Source: Narcine bancroftii (taxonomy: Eukaryota). Taken from it: a stretch of DNA of 64,000 nt. The stretch is from the NCBI RefSeq assembly GCF_036971445.1, contig NC_091477.1, positions 93,000,001-93,064,000 of the forward strand, written 5' to 3'. The position numbers and the translations under genes were made by a program. The notes below the pieces were generated by a model. That model was not told the origin of the DNA. It ran no database searches and was given only the letters and a program-made list of their open reading frames with translations. Shown here piece by piece: positions 1 through 12,670 of this stretch (its first letter is position 1; each line of letters opens with the position of its first letter).

Positions 1-340
1 AGTATTCGAACAAATTTGGGAACTGTACATGGAAAACAACAGAGAAGTCCTACCGCGGATCTCCACCGCCTAAAATGACAGAAGGAGAAGACGAAATGAA
101 CTGACCCAGTTTGTAAAAGTAAAGACACAAATTACTTGTTTATTTTCATTGTGTGATGACATTGTTTAATGGGTTTAAGGTTGAACGTTGAGTGGGTGGG
201 GAGGGGGGGGGTGAAGGAGGGAGGGAAGGGAGGGGGGAGAAAGGGGAGAAAATGACACTGTGTATATTCAAGAGGGAAATGTTTGTGTGTATTTTGGTTA
301 GTATGGTTCATAGTGTGAAGAATAAAAAAAATTTAAAAAA
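1..340 (+). mobile_element. L1-clade LINE, 3' end (ORF2 C-terminus, G-rich 3' UTR, A-tail)
   Basis: Reads VFEQIWELYMENNREVLPRISTA*, similar to the end of the L1 at 11520-11877. Followed by a purine/G-rich tract and AATAAAAAAAATTTAAAAAA. Confidence 0.85.
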
Positions 341-544
341 GAGAGAGGGGGAGAGAGATATATAGTTTATATATAAGTATAAATTCTGCCTGGCCCACAG
401 GATAAAGAATCCCAGGGTTATATATGAAGTGATGTACTCTAAAAATAAACTGGAAATAGTGGAAGTATTTTCCAGAAATCTAAAGATTATGGAATAGTTG
501 TCACGGATTGGAGGGTAATAAATACAACTGAACTATTTTCTAAA

Positions 545-1330
545 TAATTAAGAGAAAGAAAACAAGAAATAACAGATTACCATAGTTAGCCTAACATATG
601 AAGTGATGGATGAGACAATAAGACACTTGGAAAATATCAGTGATGTTGGACAAAATCTAAATGGATTTCTGAAAATGAGATTGCACTTGACATACCTACT
701 GCAATTTGTAGATAATGATAATTGTGAATGTGATGCATTTGGATTTTCAGACATCCTTTGATAAAGTTCCAATTAAAAAAAATATGAAGTACATTAAAAT
801 ACTTTTGATTAGGGGGTTAATCAATTGACAGTGTGTTGACAGAGTGATAGGTGCTTGAAACACAGATTAATAAATGGGATAAGGAAGTAAAATGTAATTT
901 TTAAAACTGAATGGGATTATCAATTGTCAGGAAGCACAAAATCTTCAAGGCAAATTAGGAGGTTGAGCTAGTGAATAAAAACATGTTTGATTCAGTTTAA
1001 TGTAGTCATAACCATTTCAGTAGAAAGAAACATAAAGCTGGGTACTGTTTAAATCGTGTTAAATTAATAAGTACTGATGTAAAAATAAACTAAGGTGACT
1101 TTGCCCACCAACCACTAAAAGCTATTATCCAAGTGCAACAAACAGGTAAGACAACAAATCTTTTGTTGATTTTCATTGAAAATGGATTTGAGTACAGGAT
1201 CTACAATTATAAAGGTTTTAATGAGACCACACTGAGAATATTGTGTAAAATTCCAATCTTCCTTCTTGGAAAGGATATAGAGGAAGTACAACAAATGTTC
1301 ACCAGATGGGATCACCAGCAATTCCTACGA
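545..1330 (+). mobile_element. Old, degraded CR1 LINE fragment (RT region)
   Basis: Decayed CR1 motifs: ATGGATTTCTGAAAATGAGATTGCACTTGACATACCTACTG (HGF.KG.SCLTNLL-like) and TTGGATTTTCAGACATCCTTTGATAAAGTTCCA (LDFQxxFDKVP). Confidence 0.7.
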
Positions 1331-2334
1331 AAAGAGATTTAGGCACTAGGCAAGAGTTAAATAAATTGGGAACAGGGCTACCCCGTTCCACATTATTGTG
1401 CCTCTCTAATCTTAAGATCAGGAATGCAGAAGGTAGCTGCAATGTGGCATGCATAAAGCGTCACCCAGACATTGCTGATGTGGGGTCAATCAAGGATATG
1501 TATAAAACTAGGAGGAAGATCCCTGCATATCCGACATCCACATTCATTGAGTAATTATTTTTAAACCTTATCATTTTGATTACATTTTGTAGTGGTCCCT
1601 TTAATGTTGACTGGATAGTCAGTGAATAGAGCTGGTTTACCAAAATCAAGCTGCCTCAACCTAATTTTCAATAAGGTCTTCAAGCAGGCATTTATTTTTC
1701 CAAAGCCTATTCTTGGTGCAGTCCCATGATGCAATATATCTATGTATGGGTAAATACAGCACATTTTCAGCTCATTTTGGGACTCTGGTATTGCATATTA
1801 TGTGCCCTAAAAGTTGACTTCATGCCATTTAATTTCAAAGCCAAAGTTGTCAGAAACCAGCAAAATTCATCCAAAAGGGGGAAAAAAAAGCTGAGAGAGA
1901 CAAGCTAATTGACCAATTAATAATGCAATGAGCAGAGCTCCTACAGCTATGCTTTCCCTGGGCAATAACCCCAATGCAGTTACTAACTGTAATTTAATTC
2001 AGAATGCAGAGTACTTCCAAAAATCACAAATTAAAATTGAGTGCTCTCAAACACATTAAAGAACAGGAAAGGAAAATGCAAATGAGGAGCAACAGTGGAA
2101 ATACAAAGACCATAAAACTAAAATCTTCCATAGTCTCTGGAAATCTCAAGTAAAATTCAATTCTAATCTGAAACAAATTGACTGAAAAACATAATAACCC
2201 AAGGTATTTGTATACATGAAAAATCAACTTCAAAAATGATAACCACGTTGATTCCAGTTTCATTCTAAAACCAGGATGATATAGAGAGCTGGGAACTCTA
2301 TAAAGAATAAAACATTTATTTATTTAAAATATAG

Positions 2335-2570
2335 CATATAGCACAGTATCAGGCCATTTTGGCCCATGACCCCATGCTATTCAATTTATACCCAATTAAC
2401 CTACAGCCTTTAGACGTTTTGAACAGTGAGAGGAAACAAGAGCCCTCAGGGAAACCCCACGCAAATAAGGAGAGAACATACAAACTCCTTACAGACAGCG
2501 CGAGATTCAAACCCTTATCCTGACTGCTGGCGCTGTAAAGGCATTGTACTAACCACTACACCAACTGTGA
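2335..2570 (-). mobile_element. tRNA-derived V-SINE (HE1-like)
   Basis: Reverse complement has a tRNA-like head (GTAGTGGTTAG...GGGTTTGAATC), a V-domain-like core (GTAAGGAGTTTGTATGTTCTC) and a CR1-like tail (ATGGGCCAAAATGGCCTG). Same family at 46305, 46632 and 60500. Confidence 0.8.
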
Positions 2571-2634
2571 CATCTGAAAAGAAGTAGCAATAATTTGAAA
2601 TAATATCAGTAGCAAGGAGCTACCAATTATAACT

Positions 2635-2762
2635 TTTCTTTCTTTGGCTTGGCTTCGCGGACGAAGATTTATGGAGGGGGTAAAAAGTCCACGTCAGCTG
2701 CAGGCTCGTTTGTGGCTGACAAGTCCGATGCGGGACAGGCAGACACGGTTGCAGAGGCTGCA
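2635..2762 (-). mobile_element. Young RTE-clade LINE, 5'-truncated 3' end
   Basis: Encodes CNRVCLSRIGLVSHKRACS*, nearly identical to 8198-8320. (AAGA)n tail. Possible 6-bp TSD ATAACT at 2629-2634 and 2763-2768. Confidence 0.9.
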
Positions 2763-2842
2763 ATAACTAGAATAATGCAGATAAAGAGACTTAGCATTTC
2801 TGCAGAATAAACTGGTGGACAAAGACTTCCTCTGCTTTCCAG

Positions 2843-3016
2843 GCTCTTCCCTGAACATGGATCTGGATACTGTGATAACCCAGAGAGAGTCACTCATGCG
2901 TTGTGATGAGAAAATAAAACCTGGTGCTGAAATAACAATTTTTACCAAAGTGGTTAACAGCAAGATTGTCCGAGGAAACACTTGGATTCAAAGCAGAAAA
3001 TGGATGAATTATGTAG
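2843..3016 (+). other. Candidate orphan exon (174 nt, phase 1-1, open frame)
   Basis: Acceptor CTTCCTCTGCTTTCCAG|, donor TAG|GTAGGT. Open frame SSLNMDLDTVITQRESLMRCDEKIKPGAEITIFTKVVNSKIVRGNTWIQSRKWMNYV. Peptide not recognised. Confidence 0.2.
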
Positions 3017-3199
3017 GTAGGTGAAAAGATGTGTATCCGCCAACAAACAATGAGTAGCTGGAGGGAATTAGCAGGTCTGGTAATATCCTTGGAGAGAAAA
3101 AAATATTTCAATATCAAAGAATAATAAATAAATATTCACAGTTGCAGTTAATGTAAGTAAAAAGGTAATATCTTAGTAGTGCAGATAAATTTTTTTGGT

Positions 3200-3419
3200 G
3201 GTCTTGGAGCAGTTTATGGTTAATCTGAGAGTGGTATTGGGCATTTCAAGACCCTGATAGGTGTTGGATAAAATCTGTTCTTAAAATTGGAGGCGCTTCA
3301 CCTCATGTTTCTGTCACTTCTCCTTGAAGAGAACAGCAAGAAGAGATTGTGATCACAGTGACGGAGTCCTTCATGGTATTGGCTGCCTTATTGAGGCAAC
3401 ATCTCACATGGATTCTTTC
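3200..3419 (-). mobile_element. Rex1/Babar LINE, segment 1 (3' part) of a copy split by later insertions
   Basis: Similar to the Rex1 3' regions at 15480-15650 and 23100-23290. Continues in register at 7208. Confidence 0.75.
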
Positions 3420-3546
3420 TTTTTAAATGTTTTTATTGATTTTTACAAATAAGCATGTACATACAAAACATATTTGGAATACATAATATTAATAACAAAT
3501 GAAAAATTAGATAACTCATCAAGCTATAAAGCATATATATATAAAA
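3420..3546 (-). mobile_element. L1 3' UTR / poly(A) tail
   Basis: T-rich tract TTTTTAAATGTTTTTATTGATTTTT directly abutting the left copy of the 15-bp TSD CACATGGATTCTTTC (3405-3419). Confidence 0.65.
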
Positions 3547-6500
3547 AACCATATAACAATTTACAGCACAGAAACAGGCCAGTTCGGCCCTTCTAGTCCA
3601 TGCCAAACAATTTCTCCCACCTAGTTCCACTGGCTCACATTCGGCCTATAACCCTCCATACCTCTCCCGTCCATATACCTATCCAACTTTTCCTTAAATA
3701 TTAACATTGATGTCACTTCTACCACCTCTGCCGGAAGTTCATTCCACACCCCCACCACCCTCTGTGTGAAGAAATTCCCCCTCATGTTTCCCCTAAACTT
3801 TTGTCCTTTTACTCTCAATCCATGCCCTCTTGTTTGAATCTCCCCCTTTCAATGGAAAAAGCCTATTACATTGACTCTGTCTGTCCTCCTTATAATTTTG
3901 AATACCTCTATCAAATCACCTCTCCATCATCTATGCTCCAGGGAATAAAGTCCTTGCCTGCTCAACTTTCCCTGTATATCAAACCCTGAAACCCCGGCAA
4001 CATTCTTGTAAACCTCTTCTGTACACTCTCTATTCCGTTTATATCCTTCCTGTAATTTGGTGACCAAAGCTTCACACACTATTCCAAATTTGGCCGCACC
4101 AATGGCTTACACTTCTTCAACATAACATCCCAACTCTTGTATTCAATACTCTGATTTATGAAAGCTAACATACCAAATGCCTTCTTCACCACCCAATCTA
4201 CATGTGATTCAACTTTCAGGGAATTATGTACCATGATTCCTCAATCCCTTTGTTCCACTGCACTCCTCAATTATCTACCATTTAACATGTATGACCTAAG
4301 CCCTACCAAAATGTAGCACCTCACATTTATCAGTATTAACCTCCATTTGCTATCTTCCAGTCAACTCTTCTAATTGTCCTAGATCACCTTGTAAGCTCTG
4401 AAAATCTTCCTCACTGTCCACAATACCACCAGCCTTTGTATTATCTTCAAATTTACCTTCCAATTTGTCACTCTATCATCTAGATCAATAATACATATGA
4501 CAAACAGCAGTGGACCAGGTACCGATCCCTGAAGCACTCCACTTGTCACTGGCCTCCAATTCAACAAACAATTTTCCACCACTACTCTCTGGCATCTCCC
4601 ACCCAACCATTGTTGAATCCATTTCACTACTTCATCATTAATACTTAATACTTCCACTTTCCTTACTAACCTCTTATGGGGAACCTTGTCAAAAGCCTTA
4701 CTGAAGTCCAAATAGACAACATCCATACCCTCTCATCAGTCTTTTTAATAACCTCCTCGAAAAACTAAGGTTTGTTAAACATGATCTGCCCATACAAAAC
4801 CATGCTGACTACTCTAAATCAATCCTTGTCCTTCCAAATAGTTGTACATACCATCTTTAAGAACACTTTCCATTAATTTACCCAATACCGATGTCAGACT
4901 TACAGGCCTATAATTACCAGGTTTACTTTTGGATCCTTTTTTGAACAGCAGAACAATATGAGCCACTCTCCAGTCCTCCGGCACCACCCCCGTGGCCAGT
5001 GACATTTTAAATATTTCTGTCGATGTTCCCACTATTTTACATTAACCTCCCTCAGGGTCTTAGGGAATATTTTTTCAGGGCCTGGAGATTTATCCACCTT
5101 GATCTGTTTTAATATATCCAACACTACCTCCTCATTAATCTTTGTATTATCCATGACCTCTCTATCATATTTCTTCAACTTCATCTGGCTCAATATTCTT
5201 TTCTTTAGTGAATATTGAAGAAAAAAATTTTAAATTTTTCCCCATCTCCTTTGACTTTTCACAGAGCCTTCACCCCTGTTCTTCAAAGGGCCCAATTTTA
5301 TTCCTCGTTATTCTTTTACTTTTAATGTATCTACAAAAACCTTTTAGATTTATTTTTACTTTGCCTGCCAATGCAGCTTCATATCTCCTTCTAGCCTTTC
5401 TAATTTCTTTCTTGATTTCTTTACACTCCTTATATTCCTCAAGCATTTCCCCCATTCCCTGCTGTTCATACCAATTGTACACGTTCCTCTTTCTCCGAAA
5501 CAAGTTCCAAATATCTTTTGAAAACCAAGGCTCCCTATAGTTTCTAGCCTTTCCTTTAATCCTCACAGGGGCATATCAACTGTGCTCTCAAAATTTTTCC
5601 TTTGAATGTCCTCCATTTATCTGCTACATCCTTCCCTGAAAATATCTTATCCCAATCCACACCCTCCAAATCTTTTCTCATCTCCTCAAAATTTACTTTC
5701 TTCCAATCTCAATTCTTTTCCATTTCTAGCCGAAAACTAATAGTATTGTGATCACTAGACCCAAAGTGTTCCGCAACACAAACCTCTGTCCCCTGACTGC
5801 TCTCATTCCCTAATAGGAGATCTAATACTGCTCCCTCTCAAATCGGTTCTTCTATGTACTGATTAATAAATCTTTCCTGAACATACTTAACAAACCCAAA
5901 CCCATCCAATCCTCTTGCTGTATGGGTGTCCCAGTTAATGTGCAGAAAGTTGAAATCTTCCATAACTACCACCTTGTCTTTATTACACATACAATCTCCT
6001 TACAAATTTGTGCCTCTAATTCCCTCAGCCTAATTGGTGGTCTATATTACACTCCCATTAATGTTTTAATACCTCTGCCATTCCTCAGTTCTCCCCAAAT
6101 AGCTTCGCTGGATGATTCCTCCAAACCATCCTGTAGTGCTGTTATGTTCTCTCTAATAAGCAATGCAACTCCTCCACCTTTTATTCCCCCTGTTTTATCA
6201 TGCCTAAAACAATGGAATTCTGAAATATTTATATTTCAAACATGCCCTTCATGCAACCAAGTTTCACTGATGGCCACAATATCATATTTCCATGTATCTA
6301 TCCATGCCTTAAGTTCATCCTCCTTATTTACAATGCTCCTTGCATTAAAATACATTCACCTAAGAGAATGTTCTCCATAAATACTCCATTGGTTAACAAC
6401 TACTTTTACTTCTTTACCTTTTTTATTAATTTTTACGTTCTGTTTCCTCCCTTCCTTCCAATCTAGGTGTTGTTCCTCCCTAATCTTCGTACTCTCATAC

Positions 6501-6637
6501 TGATTCCCACCCCCCTCCACCGTGCCAAACTAGTTTAAACCCTCCCCAATAGCTCTAGAAAATCTGGCCACCAGGATATTGGTCCCCCTCCAGTTCAAAT
6601 GCAGACCATCCCTTTATACAGGTCAGACTTTCCCTGA
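3547..6637 (-). mobile_element. CR1 LINE, about 3.1 kb (end of ORF1 esterase plus disrupted ORF2 EN-RT)
   Basis: ORF pieces DVVYLDFSKAFDKVPH, VTSGVLQGSV, KPGNYRPVSLTS, RGNFFTQRVVGVWNELP. Near 6540-6625 the minus strand reads DGLHLNWRGTNIL (CR1 ORF1 SGNH-type motif). Many stops and frameshifts. Confidence 0.93.
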
Positions 6638-7207
6638 GGTGAAAGTAGTTGATAAAAAGATTTTAAAATCTTCACAGGAAATCCATCAGGTCCTGAAGTT
6701 CTTCTTCATATGATATAGGCTCATCTAGTCTCATTTGTTCATTCAAAGAAAGTGTGGTAACATTTAAACAATCTAGGAAATTTTCCATAGAACTACTATC
6801 ATTTATAACTTCATTGGTACAAAGTCAAGAAAAAAAAATCCTGAATGTGTCATTCATCTCAGAATGGTCTGTAGTAAAGTTACCATACTCCTTTCAAATC
6901 ATTTTAATTTGACATTTGGTTGTAAAACTCATCTCATTAGCTAAGAACTTGCCTGATTTATCACCATGGATATGAAACTGACTCCTACTCCCTAACAATT
7001 GGTTCTCGATTGCATATGTTGAAAGAACTTCAAATTGAGTTTGAAGTTCAACTCACTTTTTATATAACTCAGGATTTTTGGTTTGCGCACATTGTCAATT
7101 TGTTTAATTTGATTAACTAATTCTTATCTTTTTTTATTGGTCTTTTTAAAATTCACAGTGTAAGAAATAATTTGCCCCCTCAGATAAGTTTTTCATAGCA
7201 TCCCAAA
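6638..7207 (-). mobile_element. L1 ORF2 fragment (between EN and RT), 5' part of the L1 whose tail is at 3420-3546
   Basis: Minus strand reads WDAMK..YLRGQIISY, HGDKSGKFLA and GPDGF. Bounded by the right TSD copy CACATGGATTCTTTC at 7208-7222. Confidence 0.8.
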
Positions 7208-7403
7208 CACATGGATTCTTTCAATGATGGGAGGTAAGTGCTCATGATGGACTTGGCTAGTTTCACCACTTTCTGCATTCCTTGGCACTTGAGTTTTCAA
7301 ACCAGCCTGTGCTGCAACCAGTCAGTATACAAACTACAGTACACTTGCAGAAGTTTGATAGAATATTCAACAACATGCCAAATCTCCTCAGATTTCGTAA
7401 AAA
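7208..7403 (-). mobile_element. Rex1/Babar LINE, segment 2
   Basis: Minus ORF LRRFGMLLNILSNFCKCTVVCILTGCSTGWFENSSA, typical of the Rex1 post-RT region. Confidence 0.85.
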
Positions 7404-10400
7404 AATAGATATAGCATTTGTGCAGGAAACGCATTTAATTGAAGCGGAAGATAACAAACTAAACAGAGACTGGGTAGGACACATAATGGCTAAATCCTAT
7501 AATTCAAAAGCTAGAGGTATAGCCATACTAGTTAACAAAAACGTACCAATCAAAATAGAGGAGGAAATAATAGATCAGGCAGGGAGGTATGCAATGATAA
7601 AGTGTCAGATATACTCAGAATTTTGGAAATTGCTCAATATATATGCACCTAACGAGGAGGATCATAAGTTTTTTTTTAAGATTGCAGACACACAAGGAAA
7701 TATATTGATAGGAGGGGATTTTAACCTTAATTCGGGCCCAATGTTAGATAAAATTGGACAAAAGACAGGTAAAAAGAATAAAGTACCCAAATTTATGGTT
7801 AAATCAATGCTGGAAATGAAACTTATGGATATATGGAGGAGGCAACACCCAAGAGAGAAGGAATTTTCATATTATTCGAGTAGGCACAAAACTTACTCAA
7901 GGATTGATATGTTTTTGTTGTCAGCCCATATTCAAGGAAGAGTTAGGAAAATTGAGTATAAAGCTACACTACTATCAGATCATTCACCCCTATTATTAGC
8001 AATAGAACTGGAGGACATCCCACCAAGAACATACAGTTGGAGGTTAAACTCCATGTTACTTAAAAGACAAGAATTTAGGGAGTTTATTGAATGCCAAATG
8101 AAAACATATTTTGAAATAAACACAAGATCAGTGAAAGACAAATTTATATTATGGGACTCAATGAAAGCCTTCATTGGAGTGCAGATAATAAGTTATGTTT
8201 TTTTTCTTTGGCTTGGCTTCGCGGACGAAGATTTATGGAGGGGGTAAAAAGTCCACGTCAGCTGCAGGCTCGTTTGTGGCTGACCAGTCCGATGCGGGAC
8301 AGGCAGACACGATTGCAGCGGTTGCAAGGGAAAATTGGTTGGTTGGGGTTGGGTGTTGGGTTTTTCCTCCTTTGCCTTTTGTCAGTGAGGTGGGCTCTGC
8401 GGTCTTCTTCAAAGGAGGCTGCTGCCCGCCAAACTGTGAGGCGCCAAGATGCACGGTTTGAGGCGTTATCAGCCCACTGGCGGTGGTCAATGTGGCAGGC
8501 ACCAAGAGATTTCTTTAGGCAGTCCTTGTACCTTTTCTTTGGTGCACCTCTGTCACGGTGGCCAGTGGAGAGCTCGCCATATAATACGATCTTGGGAAGG
8601 CGATGGTCCTCCATTCTGGAGACGTGACCCATCCAGCGCAGCTGGATCTTCAGCAGCGTGGACTCGATGCTGTCGACCTCTGCCATCTCGAGTACCTCGA
8701 CGTTAGGGGTAAAAGGATTACAATTGGTAAATAGAGCAGTTGGAAAGGGAGATATTAAGTACAGAAAAGGAATTAGTAAAAAGGGATGATATAATGAAAA
8801 GGAGAGAACTGGCGGACAAACAAATTAAATACCAGACATTACAAACGTACAAGGTGGAGAAGAACATAATGAAAACAAAGCAAAAGTATTACTAACTGGG
8901 AGAAAAAACATAAAATATTAGCCTGGCAACTTAAAACAGAACAAACTAAAAGAACGATACTGGCATCAAGGAAAAAGGACAAACAAATTACATATAATCC
9001 AACAGAGATTAATTTTAAGGAATTTTATGAACAATTGTATCAAACTGAGAATGAGGGGAAAGATGATAAAATAGAGGAATTTTTAGCTAAAATTGAACTG
9101 CCGAAATTGCAGAAAGAGGAACAAAACAAACTAATAAAACCATTGAAATAGAGGAAGTACAGGATATATTAAAAAAGCTACCAAACAATAAAACACCAGG
9201 AGAGGATGGATTTCCAATAGAATTTTATAAAACATTTGAAGAGTTATTAATTCCTCCTCTCCTGGAAGTAATGAACCAAACAGAAGAAACACAAAACTTG
9301 CCAGATTCATGTAAGACAGCAATAAAGACAGTAATACCAAAGACGGGGAAGGATCCAATTACACCAGCATCATATAGACCAATATCTCTACTTAACTCAG
9401 ACAATAAGATAATAGCAAAATTATTAGCAAACAGATTGGCCGATTGTGTACCTAAAATAGTAAATCAATATCAAATTGGATTTATTAAGAAAAGACAAAC
9501 AGCAGACAATGTCTGCAAACTTATTAATTTAATTCACACAGTTCAAGGAAATAAGAAACCAACAGTGGGTGTTGCTCGAGACGCAGAAAAAGCCTTTGAC
9601 AGAGTAGAGTGGAATTACTTATTTAAAGTTTACAGAAGTTTAATCTACCAGAAAAATATATAAATTGGATTAAAGCATTGTATAATGGACTGTTGGCGAA
9701 GGTAACAGTAAATGGATATGTATCGAGTCACTTTAAGTTAAGTAGGTCAACTAGACAGGGATGTCCACTATCCCCCTTTTTGTTCACCTTAGCAATAGAA
9801 CCTTTGGCAGAACTGATAAGAATAGAAAATAAAATAAAAGGGATAAAAATAAAGGAGAAGGTGTATAAAATCAGCTTATTTGCAGATGAGATCATAGTAT
9901 ACCTAACAGAACCACAGGTATCAGTAAAAGAATTACATAAGAAATTGAAGGAATATGGAGAAATATCAGGGTACAAGATCAATGCAAATAAAAGTGAAGT
10001 GATGCCAATGAGTAACGCAGACTATACAGAATTTAAAAAAGAATCACCATTTAAATGGCAAGCACAAGCAATCCAATACCTAGGTATCAGGTTAGATAAT
10101 AACTTAAGCCACTTGTACAAACTAAATTATCAGCCACTAATAAAGAAATTGCAGGAAGACTTAGAACAATGGAAAGAATTACCGCTAACATTGATAGGGA
10201 GAGTAAACTGCATTAAAATGAACGTGTTCCCAAGGATACAATACTTATTTCAAACGTTACCAATTCCCTTAACAGAAAAATTCTTTAAGGAACTAAAGAG
10301 AATAATAAGGAAATTCTTATGGAAAGGGAGGAATCCAAGGGGAGCATTAGATAAATTAGCAGAGAGGTATAATCAAGGTGGTTTGCAGTTACCAAATTTT

Positions 10401-11877
10401 AGAAATTATTGTATAGCCACACAATTGAGGTATTTATCAGATTTTTACCAGACAAGGAAAAAATCAAGACTGGATTAAGATAGAACTAGATAAAACAGGG
10501 GAAAAGGTACCAGAACATATACTTTATAAGTGGGATGAAAAGCTGGTGCAATATAAAAATTCACCAGTACTGCATCATTTACTTAATACATGGAAGATGA
10601 TCCACTTAGAAAGGAAAAAAATTAATTATCAAATATCAAAATTATTATTGACGCAAAATCTGCTAATCCCTTTTTAAAATAGACAACCTTTCCTTCAGAG
10701 AATGGGAGAGAAAAGGAATTAAAAGAATAGCAAACTATTTTTTTGGGAAATAATTTATTAACATTTGAACAGTTGAAGTACAAATATGGAATAACTCATG
10801 GTACAATGTTTGCATATCAACGATTGAAAGCATATTTAAAGGATAAATTGGGAAACAGCTTGAGATTATCTGAAGGAAGCAGCTTTGAATACATGATTAC
10901 AGACAGAATGATAATCAAAAGATTTATAACCAACATGTACATTAAGCTGCAAAATAAGGAAAATGAAATAAACTATAAACCTAATCAGAAGTGGGAAAAG
11001 GATCTAAATATAAAGATAAAAAATGAAGTATGGGAAAAGTTATGTTCTGGAACTATGAAGAATACAATAAACACAAGGTTACGCATGATACAGTATAATT
11101 GGTTGCACAGGGTATATATTACTCCTCAAAAATTAAAAAAATGGGATTCAACATTATCAGATAAATAAATGTTTTCACTGTAAGAAGGAAATGGGAACAA
11201 CATTACATTCAACTTGGGCATATACAAAAGTAAATACGTTTTGGGAAAAATTAAATCGGATACTAAATAAAATTACAAAAAATAACATACCAAAAAAAAA
11301 CAAAGATATTTCTTTTAAGTAACTTAAGAAGTAGAGAATTAGACCTCAAATTGGATAAAGTGCAAAAAAAATTCATTGTGATAGCCTTGGCGATAGCAAA
11401 AAAATGTATAATGTCAACTTGGAAAATGAAAGAGAGCATGAGTATACAGCAATGGAACATGAAAATGAATAAATGTATTCCATTCGAAAAAATAACATAT
11501 AATTTAAAAAATAAGTCACAATGTTTGAACAAATTTAGGAACCATACATGGAAAATATCAGAGAGAGCTTGCCTACGACCTCCATCCCCTAAAATGAGAA
11601 TAAAAATGATAAGAAGACAAAAACAACGAGATTCAGTGTGTAATAAATAGATGATTCATTTTTCTTTATTTTCCTTTGTGTGAAAATATTGTTTTATGGT
11701 TTTATTGTACTGTATATGTTGAATATTTATGGGTATTGGAAGGGGTGGGTAGAGGGGAGGGAGGGAGGGAAGGGGGGGAATAGGGGAGAAAATACTGTAT
11801 AAATTTAATGAGATATATTTGTATATATTTTGGTTGATATGGTTCACAGTGTGAAAAATAAAAACAAATTTAAAATA
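7404..11877 (+). mobile_element. L1-clade LINE, 5'-truncated, nearly complete but disrupted ORF2 (APE endonuclease, RT, C-terminal domain), 3' UTR and A-tail
   Basis: EN motifs QETH, NIYAPN, GGDFN, YSRID, SDH. RT motifs YRPISLLN, DAEKAFDRVEW, RQGCPLSP, LFADE (catalytic DD mutated). Frameshifts split it into ORFs 7282-8247, 9271-9663, 9678-10478, 10743-11168 and 11351-11650. No ORF1. Confidence 0.95.
8198..8710 (-). mobile_element. Young RTE-clade LINE (about 510 bp 3' fragment) inserted in L1 ORF2
   Basis: Uninterrupted frame QLRWMGHVSRMEDHRLPKIVLYGEL...CNRCNRVCLSRIGLVSHKRACS* (RTE C-terminus with C2HC-type finger). L1 sequence resumes at about 8711. Confidence 0.95.
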
Positions 11878-12157
11878 AGACTTCACAAAAAGTAGAGGCT
11901 TTGGTGTGCCACCTCAATGTGCTGGCTCCAAGAAAAGTCCTTTAATATGTGAAAGGTCCCTCAGACTCCCCTTCTTAAAGTTCACAATAAACTCCTTGGT
12001 CAACAACAGCAGTGTCTTCAGTGAAGTTATAGATTTTGCTGAAGCTGAACTTGACTACAATTGTGAATGTATAGGGAACAGAGCAGGAGACTAAGTATGC
12101 TGTTGGAAATTTCCCCCATGTTGCTGGTCAGCACAGAGATGATCAAAGAAACTGTTC
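11878..12157 (-). mobile_element. Rex1/Babar LINE, segment 3
   Basis: Resumes after the L1 tail with AGACTTCACAAAAAGTAGAGGC. Contains AGAGCAGGAGACTAAG (LSxLL, matching the LSPLLYSL region of other copies). Confidence 0.7.
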
Positions 12158-12670
12158 CTATGTTATTTTTATTGAGTAATATTAAGACTAAGGCCAAAAT
12201 TAAATATTTATCAAATTGAATTTGTGTTAATTGCTTTACCAGTTTCTGGGAAATATATAGCAATATCATAGAAATAGATTTAGGTATGGAAAGATGGCAC
12301 GCAGAACTTCGTAGTTGTATACCATTAGAGAAAATTACTTATAATCTGTGGGATAAATATCATGTTTTTTGGGAAAATATGGAGTCCATATTTACAAAAT
12401 TTTGGGTTTGCATGTCTGATTGGCTTTCTGAGGGCCTCAGTCACCTCCAATAGACTTTACTGTATAAATTTTCATTTTCTTGGCATTCTCTGGATTTTCT
12501 TTCTTTTTTTTTTAAATTTTTTTAGGGGTGGGGGATGGGAAATGGGAGGATGAGAGTGTTGTTGGGGTGGTGAGATCATATATACCACATGTATAATTTT
12601 TTTTTGAAATAATTTAGAACTGAATGTAACTATAATTGTGGTTTAAATATTTATAAATGAAGTATTAAAA
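12158..12670 (+). mobile_element. L1 3' fragment (second L1 family)
   Basis: Reads WHAELRSCIPLEKITYNL...KIWSPYLQN, then a G-rich UTR and A-tail. Flanked by AAACTGTTC at 12149-12157 and 12671-12679 (TSD). Confidence 0.8.

Noticed and set aside
190-250. G-rich tracts (also about 11740-11790, 12525-12570, 42398-42423) as special G-quadruplex elements
   Set aside because: They are the ordinary G-rich segment of L1 3' UTRs.
5922-6380. 152-aa plus-strand ORF
   Set aside because: Antisense to the CR1 endonuclease region.
7282-8247. 321-aa ORF as a host gene
   Set aside because: Chimera of antisense Rex1, L1 endonuclease and antisense RTE. Kept only as a low-interest finding.
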